A stretch of 64,000 nucleotides of DNA, taken from assembly GCF_009914755.1 (NCBI RefSeq), contig NC_060933.1; one strand, given 5' to 3'. The position numbers were made by a program, and so were the translations under genes. Position 1 is the first letter of the stretch, and every line of letters starts with the position of its first letter. Positions 54,101-64,000 of the stretch are shown here, one piece after another. The notes below the pieces were generated by a model that saw only the letters and a list, made by a program, of their open reading frames with translations, made no database searches and had not been told where the DNA came from. The stretch comes from the human T2T-CHM13v2.0 reference genome, Homo sapiens.

Positions 54101-56683
54101 CTAGGTTTGATTCCATTCCACTGCATTCCATTCCATTCCATTCCATTCCATTCCATTCCATTCCATTCCTTTCCATTCCCCTGCAATCGGGTGGATTCCA
54201 TTCTATTCCATTCCATTCCATTCCATTCCATTCCATTCCATTTCGTTCCATTCCATTCTATCCCGTACCATTCCTTTCCATTCCATTCCATTCCATTCCA
54301 TGCCATGCCATTCCACTCGGGTTGATTCCACTCCTTTCCATTCCATTCTAGTTGAATCCATTCCATTGCATTCCATTCCATTGGATTCCATTCAATTGCA
54401 CACGGGTTCATTCCATTCCATTCCATTCCATTCCATTTCGTTCCATTCCATTCTATTCCGTACCATTCCCTTCCATTCAATTCCATTCCACTCCATTCCA
54501 TGCCATTCCACTCGGGTTTATTCCATTCCCTTCCATTCCATTCGGGTTGAATCCATTCCATTCTATTCCATTCCATTCCATTCCATTCCATTCCATGCCA
54601 TTCCACTCGGGTTGATTCCATTCTTTTCCATTCCATTCGAGTAGAACCCATTCCATTCCATTCCATTCCATTCCACTCGGGTTGATTCCATTCCTTTCCA
54701 TTCCATTCGGGTTGAAACCATTCCATTCCATTCCATTCCTTTCGATTCCATTCCATTTCACGCGGGTTGATCCCATTCCATTGCATTCCATTCCATTCCT
54801 TTGCATTCCAATCCGTTCCATTCCATTCCATTACATTCGTATTGATTCTATTCAATTCCCTTACTCTCCATTACATTCCATTCCATTCGGGTTGTTTCCA
54901 TTCCATTCCATTCCATTCCACTCCATTCCATTGCAATCGGGTTGATTCCATTCCATTCCATTGCATTCCATTCCATTTCATTCCATTCCATTCCATTCCA
55001 TTCCGTATGATTCCATTCCATTGCATTCCATTCCATTCCATTCCACTGCACTCGGTTGGATTCCATTCTATTCCATTCCATTCCATTCCATTCCATTCCA
55101 TTCTATTCCGGTTAATTTCATTCCATTCCCTTCCATTCCATTCCATTCCATTCCATTCCATTCCATTGAAATCGAGTTGATTCCATTCCATTCCATTCCA
55201 TTCCATTCCATTCCATTCTATTCGTGTTAATTCCGTTCCATTCCATTGCATTCCATTCCCTTCCATTTCATTCCATTCCATTCCATTCCATTCCATTCCA
55301 TTCTATTAGGGTTCATTCCATTCCATTCCATTCCATTCCATTCCATTCCATTCCACTCCATTTCATGCCATTCCACTCGGGTTTATTCCATTCCTTTCCA
55401 TTCCATTCGGGTTGAATCCATTCCATTCCATTCCATTCCATTCCATTCCATGCCATTGCACTCGGGTTGATTCCATTCCTTTCCATTCCATTCGACTTGA
55501 ACCCATTCCATTCCCTTCCATTCCATTCCATTCCATTCCATTCCATTGCTCACGGGTTCATTCCATTCCATTCCATTCCATTCCATTCCATTCCATTTCG
55601 TTCCATTCCATTCTACTCCGTACCATTCCATTCCATTCCATTCCCTTCCATGCCATTTCACTCGGGATTATTCCATTCCTTTCCATTCCATTCGGGTTGA
55701 ATCCATTCCATTCCATTCCATTCCATTCCATTGCGCTCGGGTTGATTCCATTCCATTCTATGCCATTCCATTTCATTCCGTTCCATTCCATTCCATTCCT
55801 TTCCATTCCTTTCCTTTCAATTCCATTCCATTACATTCGGATTGATTCTTTTTAATTCCCTTACACTCCATTACATTCCATTCCATTCGGGTACTTTCCA
55901 TTCAATTCCATTCCATTCCACTGCATTCTATTGCACTCGGGTGGATTGATTCCATTCCATTGCATTCCATTCCATTCCATTCCATTCCTTTGCACTCGGG
56001 TTGATTCCATTCCACTGCATTCCATTCCATTCCATTCCATTCCCTTCCATTCCGTTCCATTCCATTCCATTCCATTCTGTTCAGGTTAATTCCATTCCAT
56101 TCCTTTCCATTCCATTCCATTCCATTCCATTCCATCCCATTGCAATCTAGTTGATTCCATTGCATTCCATTGCATTCCATTCCATTCCATTGCATTCCAT
56201 TCCATTCCATTCCTCTGCACTCAGATTGATTCCATTGCATCCCATTCCATTCCATTCCGTTCCATTACATTCCATTCCATTCTATTCGCGTTAATTCCAT
56301 TCCATTCCATTCCATTACATTCCATTGCAATCGAGTTGATTCCATTCCATTCCGTTCCATTCCATTCCATTCCATTCCATTTCGTTCCATTCCATTCTAT
56401 TCTGTACCATTCCATTCCATTCCATTCCATTCCATTCCATTCCATGCCATTCCACTCGGGTTGATTCCATTGCTTTCCATTCCATTTGGGTTGAATCCAA
56501 TCCATTCCATTCCATTCCATTCCATTCCATTCCATTCCATTACATTGCACTAGGTTTGATTCCATTCCACTGCATTCCATTCCATTCCATTCAGTTCCAT
56601 TCCATTCCATTACATTCGGATTGATTGTATTCAATTCCCTTACACTCCATTACATTCCATTCCATTCGGGTTGTTTCCATTCC

Positions 56684-56705
56684 ATTCCATTCCGTGTGCA
56701 ATGGA
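56684..56705. other. Strand-switch junction 2 (G-rich strands diverge)
   Basis: ATTCCATTCC|GTGTGCAATGG. CC (56692-56693) is shared between ATTCC and the truncated AACCCGTGTGCAA cassette. Confidence 0.95.
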
Positions 56706-58740
56706 ATGGAATGGAATGGAATGGAATGGAATGGAATGGGTTCAACTAGAATGGAATGGAAAGGAATGGAATCAACCCGAGTGGAATGGCATGGAATGGA
56801 ATGGAATGCAATGGAATGGAATGGAATGGAATGAAATGGAATGGAAGGGAATGGACTGAAATGGAATGGAATGGAATGGAATCAACCCGAGTGCAATGTA
56901 ATGGAATTGAATGGAATGGAATGGAATGGAATGGAATGCAATGGAATCACCTCGATTGCAATGGGATGGAATGGAATGGAATGGCATGGAAGGGAATAGA
57001 ATGGAATGGAATTGAACTGAACAGAATGGAATGGAATGGAATGGAATGGAATGGAATGGAATGGAATGGAATGCAATGGAATGGAATCAATCAACCCGAG
57101 TGCAATAGAATGCAGTGGAATGGAATGGAATGGAATGGAATGGAATGGAATGGAATGGAATGAAATGGAATGGCAGGGAATGGAATGGAATCAACCCGAG
57201 TGCAAAGGAATGGAATGGAATGGAATGGAATGGAATGGATTCAACCCGAATGGAATGGAAAGGAATGGAATAAACCTGAGTGGAATCGCATGGAATGGAA
57301 TGGAATGGAATGGAATGGAATGGAATGGAATGGTACGGAATAGAACGGAATGGAACGAAATGGAATGGAATGGAATGGAATCAACCTGAGTGCAATGGAA
57401 TGGAGTGGAATGGAATGTAATGGAATGGAAACAACCCGAATGGAATGGAATGTAATGGAGTGTAAGGGAATTGAATACAATCAATCCGAATGGAATGGAA
57501 TGGAATGGAACGGAATGGAATGGAATGGAATGCAGTGGAATGGAATCAAACCTAGTGCAATGGAATGGAATGGAACGGAATGGAATGGAATGGAATGGAA
57601 TGGAATGGAATGGAATGGAATGGAATGGATTGGATTCAACCCAAATGGAATGGAAAGCAATGGAATCAACCCGAGTGGAATGGCATGGAATGGAATGGAA
57701 TGGAATGGAATGGAATGGTACAGAATAGAATGGAATGGAATGAAATGGAATGGAATGGAATGGAATGGAATGGAACGGAATGGAATGGAATCAACTCGAT
57801 TGCAATGGAATGTAATGGAATGGAATGAAATGGAATTAACGTGAATAGAATGGAATATAATGTAATGGAACGGAATGGAATGGAATGGGATGGAATGGAA
57901 TCAATCTGAGTGCAGGGGAATGGAATGGAATGGAATGCAATGGAATGGAATGGAATGGAATGGAATGCAATGGAATCAACTAGATTGCAATGGGATGGAA
58001 TGGAATGGAATGGAATGGAAGGGAATGGAATGGAATGGAATTAACCTGAAAAGAATGGAATGGAAAGGAATGGAACGGAATGGAAGGGAATGGAATGGAA
58101 TGGAATTAAGCTGAAGAGAATGGAATGGAATGGAATGGAACGGAATGGAATGGAATGGAATGGAATGGAATGCAATGGAATGGGAACAACACGAGTGCAG
58201 GGGAATGGAATGGAATGGAATGCAATGGAATGGAATCAATCAACCCGAGTGCAATAGAATGCAGTGGAATGGAATGGAATGGAATGGAAAGTACCCGAAT
58301 GGAAAGGAATGTAATGGAGTGTAAGGGAATTAAAAAGAATCAATCCGAATGTAATGGAATGGAAGGGAACGGAATGGAATGGAATGGAATGGAATGGAAT
58401 GGAATGGAATGGAATGAAATGGAATGGCATGGAATGGAATGGAATCAACCCGAGTTCAATGGAATGGAATGGAATGGAATGGAATGGATTCAACCCGAAT
58501 GGAATGGAAAGGAATGGAATAAACCCGAGTGAAATGGCATGGAAGGGAATGGAATGGAATGGAATGGTAAGGAATAGAATGGAATGGAACGAAATGGAAT
58601 GGAATGGAATGGAATGGAATGAACCCGTGTGCAATAGAATGGAATGGAATGGAATGGAATGGAATGGAATGGAATGGGTTCAACTGGAATGGAATGGAAA
58701 GGAATGGAATCAACCCGAGTGGAATGGCATGGAATGGAAT

Positions 58741-59400
58741 GGAAAGGAATGGAATGGAATGGAATGGAATGGAATGGAATGAAATGGAATGGAAGGGAAT
58801 GGATTGAAATGGAATGGAATGGAATGGAATCAACCCGAGTGCAATGTAATGGAATTGAATGGAATGGAATGGAATGGAATAGAATGAATTCAACCCGAAT
58901 GGAATGGAAAGGAATGGAATAAACCCGAGTGGAATGGCATGGTATGGAGTGGAATGGAATGGAATGGAATACTACGGAAGAGAATGGAATGGAAAGAAAT
59001 GGAATGGAATGGAATGGAATGGAATGGAATGAACACGTGAGCAATGGAATGGAATCGAAAGGAATGGAATGGAATGGAATGGAATGGAATGGAATGGAAT
59101 GGAATGGAATGAAATGGAATGGAAGGGAATGGATTGAAATGGAATGGAATGGAATGGAATCAACCCGAGTGCAATGTAATGGAATTGAATGGAATGGAAT
59201 GGAATGGAATAGAATGAATTCAACCCGAATGGAATGGAAAGGAATGGAATAAACCCGAGTGGAATGGCATGGTATGGAGTGGAATGGAATGGAATGGAAT
59301 ACTACGGAAGAGAATGGAATGGAACGAAATGGAATGGAATGGAATGGAATGGAATGGAATGAACACGTGAGCAATGGAATGGAATCGAATGGAATGGAAT
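58741..59400 (+). repeat. 330-bp tandem duplication (2 copies)
   Basis: GGATTGAAAT (58801/59131), ACTACGGAAG (58971/59301) and GAACACGTGA (59031/59361) all recur at +330. Confidence 0.93.
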
Positions 59401-62400
59401 GGAATGGAATGGATTCAACTCGAATGGAATGGAAAGGAATGGAATCAACCCGAGTGGAATGGCATGGAATGGAATGGAATGGAATGGAATGGAACGGAAT
59501 GGAATGGAATCAACTCGATTGCAAAGGAATGTAATGGAATGGAATGGAACGGAATTAACGCAAATAGAATGGAATGGAAAGGAATGGAACGGAATGGAAT
59601 GGAAAGGAATGGAATGGAATCAATCTGAGTGCAGGGGAATGGAATGGAATGGAATGCAATGGAATGGAATGGAATGGAATGCAATGGAATCACCTCGATT
59701 GCAATGGGATGGAATGGAATGGAATGGAATGGAAGGGAATGGAATGGAATGGAATTAACCTGAACAGAATGGAATGGAATGGAATGGAATGGAATGGAAT
59801 GGAATGGAATGGAATGCAATGGAATGGAATCAATCAACGCGAGTGCAGTAGAATGCAGTGGAATGGAATGGAATGGAATGGAAAGTACCCGAATGGAATG
59901 GAATGTAATGGAGTGTAAGGGAATTAAAAAGAATCAATCCGAATGTAATGGAATGGAATTGAAAGGAAAGGAATGGAATGGAATGGAATGGAATGGAATG
60001 GAATGGAATGGAATGGAATGAAATGGAATGGCATAGAATGGAATGGAATCAACCCGAGCGCAATGGAATGGAATGCAATGGAATGGAATGGAATGGAATG
60101 CAATGGAATCAACTAGATTGCAATGGAATGGAATGGAATGGAATGGAATGGAATGGAATGGAATGGAATGGAATGGAATTAACCTGAACAGAATGGAATG
60201 GAATGGAATGGAATGGAGTGGAATGGAACGGAATGGAATGGAATGGAATGGAATGTAATCAACCCGAGTGCAGGGGAATGGAACGGAATGGAATGCAATG
60301 GAATGGAATCATCCGGAATGGAATGGAATGGAATGGAATGCAATGGAATGGAATCAATCAACCCGAGTGCAATGCAATGGAGTGTAATGGAATCGAATGG
60401 AATGGAAACTACCCGAATGGAATGGAATGTAATGGAGTGTAAGGGAATTGAAAAAAATCAATCCGAATGTAATGGAATGGAATGGAACGGAATGAAATGG
60501 AATGGCATGGAATGGAATGGAATCAACCCGAGTGCAATGGAATGGAATTGAACGGAATGGAATGGAAAGGAATGGATTCAACCCGAATGGAATGGAAAGG
60601 AATGGAATAAACCCGAGTGGAATGGCATGGAATGGAATGAAATGGAGTGGAATGGAATGGAATGGAATGGAATGGTAAGGAATAGAATGGAATGGAACGA
60701 AATGGAATAGAATGGAATGGAAAGGAATGGAATGAAAACGTGTGCAATGGATTGGAATGGAATGGAATGGAATGGAATGGAATGGAATGGGTTCGACTCG
60801 AATGGAATGGAAGGGAATGGAATCAACCCGAGTGGAATGGCATGGAATGGAATGGAATGGAATGGAATGGAATGGAATGGAATGGAACGGAATGGAAACA
60901 ACACGAGTGCAATGTAATGGAATCGAATGGAATGGAATGGAATGGAATGGAATGGATTTAACCCGAATGGAATGGAAAGGAATGGAATAAACCCGAGTGG
61001 AATGGCATGGAATGGAGTCTAATGGAATGGAATGGAATGCAATGGTATGGAATAGAATGGAATGGAACGAAATGGAATGGAATGGAATGGAATGGAATGA
61101 AATGAACCCGTGTGCAATGGAATGGAATGGAATGGAATGGAATGGAATGGGTTCTACTCGAATGGAATGGAAAGGAATGGAATCAACCCGAGTAGAATGG
61201 CATGGAATGGAATGGAATGGAATGGAATGGAATGGAATGGAATGGAATGTTACGGAATAGAATGGACTGGAGCGAAATGGAATGGAATGGAATGGAATGG
61301 AATGGAATGGAATGGAGTGGAATGAAATCGTGTGCAATGGAATGGAATGGAATGGAATGGAATGGAATGGAATGGACTGGAATGGAATGGAATGGAATGG
61401 AGTGGAATGGAATGGAATAGGTTCAACTCGAATGGAATGGAAAGGAATGGAATCAACCCGAGTGGAGTGTCATGGAATGGAATGGAATAGTATGGAATGG
61501 AATGGAATGGAATCATCCCGAGTGCAATGTAATGGAATTGAAAGGAATGGAATGGAATGGAATGGATTCAACCCGAATGGAATGAAAAGAAATGGAATAA
61601 ACCCGAGTGGAATGGCATGGAATGGAGTGGAATTGAATGGAATGGAATGGTACAGAATAGAATGGAATGGAACGAAATGGAATGGAATGGAATGGAATGG
61701 AATGGAATGGAATGAACCCGTGTGCAATGGAATGGAATGGAATGGAATGGAATGGAATGGAATGGAATGGATTCAACTCGAATGGAATGGAAGGCAATGG
61801 AATCAACCCGAGTGGAATGGCATGGAATGGAGTGGAATGGAATGGAATGGGATGGAATGGAATAGAATGGAATGGCATGGAATGGTACGGAATAGAATGG
61901 AATGGAACGAAATGGAATGGAATGAAATGGAATGGAATGGAATGGAACGGAATAGAATGGTATGGAATGGAATGGAATGGAATGGTACGGAATAGAATGG
62001 AATGGAACGAAATGGAATGGAATGAAATGTAATGGAATGGAATGGAATCAACCCGAGTGCAGGGAAATGGAATGGAATTGAAGGCAATGGAATGGAATCA
62101 TCCGGAATTGAATGGAATGGAATGGAATAAACTCGACTGCAATGGAATGGAATGGAATGGAATGGAATGGAACGGAATGGAATGGAATGGAATTAACCCG
62201 AATAGAATGGAATGGAATGGAATGGAATGGAATGGAATGGAATGGAATGGAATGGAATGGTACGGAATAGAATGGAATGGAACGAAATGGAACGGAATGA
62301 AATGGAATGGAATGGAATGGAATGGAATGGAATGGAATGGAATGGAACGGAATCAACCCGAGTGCAGGGGAATGGAATGGAATTGAAGTCAATGGAATAG

Positions 62401-63342
62401 AATCATCCGGAATGGAATGGAATGGAATGGAATCAACTCGATTGCAATGGAATTGAATGGAATGGAATGGAATGGAATGGAATGGAATGGAATGGAATGG
62501 AATTAATCCGAATAGAATGTAATAGAATGGAATGGAATGGAATGGAAGTAAATGGAATGGAATGGAATGAACCCGAGTGCAGGGGAATGGAATGGAATGG
62601 AATGGAATGGAATGCAATGGAATGGAATGGAATGGAATGCAGTGGAATGAACTCGATTGCAATGGAATGGAATGGAATGGAAAGGAATACATTGGAATCA
62701 ACCCGACTGGAATGGAATGGAAAGGACTGGAATGGAGTGGAATGGAATGGAATGGAATGGAATGGAATCAACTCGATTGGAATGGAATGGAATGGAATGG
62801 AATGGAATTAACCCGAATAGAATGGAATGGAATGGAATGGAACAGAACGGAATGGAATGGAATGGAATGGAATGGAATGGAATGGAATGGAATCAACCCG
62901 ACTGCAGGGGAATGGAATGGAATGGAATGCAATGGAATGGATTCAACGTGAATGGAATGGAAAGAATGGAATCAACACGAGTGGAATGGCATGGATTGGA
63001 ATGGAATGGAATGGAATCAACCCGAGTACAGGGGAATGGAATGGAATGTAACGCAATGGAATGGAATCATCCGTAATGGAAAGGAAAGGAATGGAATGGA
63101 ATGGAATGGAATGGAATGGAATGGAATGGAATCAACTCGATTGCAATCGAATGGAATGGAATGGAATTAACCCGAATAGAATGGAATGGAATGGAATGGA
63201 ACAGAACGGAAGAGAATGGAATGGATTGGAATGGAATGGAATGGAATGGAATGGAACGGAAAGGAATGGAATGGAATGGAATGGAATGGAATGGAATCAA
63301 CGCGAGTGCAGGGGAATGGAATGGAATGGAATGCAATGGAAT

Positions 63343-63357
63343 GGAATCTTCCGGAAT
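63343..63357 (+). promoter_or_regulatory. Perfect heat-shock element consensus match; the only one seen after 38524
   Basis: GGAATCTTCCGGAAT within the A-type segment of block 3. Confidence 0.55.
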
Positions 63358-64000
63358 GGAATGGAATGGAATGGAATGGAATGGAATGGAATGGAATGGA
63401 ATAAACCAGAGTGCAATGGAATGGAGTGGAATGGAATGGAATGGAATGGAACAACCCGAATGGAATGGAATGGAATGGAGAGTAAGGGAGTTGAATAGAA
63501 TCAATCCGAATGTAATGCAATGGAATGGAACGGAATGCAATTGAATGGAATGGAATGGAATGCAATGGAATGGAATCAACCCGAGTGCAATGGAATGGAG
63601 AGGAATGGAATGGAATGGAATGGAAACTACCCGAATGGAATGGAATGTAATTGAGTGTAAGGGAATTGAATAGAATCAATCCGAATGTAATGGAATGGAA
63701 TGGAAAGGAATGGAATGGAACGGAATGGAATGGAATGGAATGGAATGGAATGGAATGGAATGGAATGCAATGGAATGGAATCAACCCGAGTGCAATCGAA
63801 TGGAATCGAATGGAATGGAATGCAATGGAATGGATTCAACTTGAATGGAATGGAAAGAATGGAATCAACACGAGTGGAATGGCATGGATTGGAATGGAAT
63901 GGAATGGAATCAACCCGAGTACAGGGGAATGGAATGGAATGGAATGCAATGGAATGCAATCATCCGTAATGGAATGGAAAGGAATGGAATCGAATGGAAT

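Larger units (their letters stand above)
7058..56693 (-). repeat. HSat3 block 2 (~49.6 kb), inverted: ATTCC on +, G-rich strand on -
   Basis: ATTCC orientation with ACTCGGGTTG decamers from 7058 to ...GGGTTGTTTCCATTCCATTCCATTCC at 56693. No internal strand switch noticed. Confidence 0.96.
1..64000. repeat. Human/primate Satellite III (HSat3) array: (GGAAT)n with interspersed CAACCCGAGT / CAACTCGATT / TAACCCGAAT decamers
   Basis: Continuous GGAAT/ATTCC pentamers over the entire window, with the classical SatIII interrupting decamer CAACCCGA(G/A)T recurring throughout. CATTCGATTC, which dominates HSat2, is rare. No non-satellite sequence seen. Confidence 0.97.
56692..64000 (+). repeat. HSat3 block 3, G-rich strand on +
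   Basis: GGAAT orientation resumes at CCGTGTGCAATGG (56692) and continues to the window end. Confidence 0.97.

Noticed and set aside
11-63969. Hundreds of ORFs (MEWNG- and IPFHS-repeat peptides)
   Set aside because: These are the 15-nt periodic translation of a stop-free pentamer. They overlap in all six frames and show no domain or gene context.
1-64000. Assignment to HSat2, or to a specific chromosome or subfamily (e.g. 9q12, acrocentric arms)
   Set aside because: HSat2-type CATTCGATTC is sparse. CAACCCGAGT-rich sequence with strand switches is compatible with chr9-type HSat3, but this cannot be shown without mapping.

Overview
The whole 64 kb window is primate (most likely human) classical Satellite III (HSat3): (GGAAT/ATTCC)n interrupted by CAACCCGAGT-type decamers and related cassettes. 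I see no unique sequence, gene, RNA gene or transposon, and the ORF track (MEWNG/IPFHS repeats) only reflects the stop-free pentamer. The array is highly structured. (1) It switches strand at about 7057 and about 56693, giving a ~49.6 kb inverted block. At both junctions the flanks are mirror-image paralogues, which fits fold-back or inverted duplication better than a clean inversion. (2) Two motif dialects (A and B) run B->A in each of the three blocks. (3) It holds a young ~4.5 kb tandem duplication, a ~4 kb dispersed duplication and several 135-395 bp duplications. (4) At least 23 perfect nGAAnnTTCnnGAAn heat-shock elements occur, all in the A dialect. All comparisons were made by eye, aided by matching peptides in the ORF track, so block boundaries are approximate. 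Chromosome and subfamily cannot be established without alignment.
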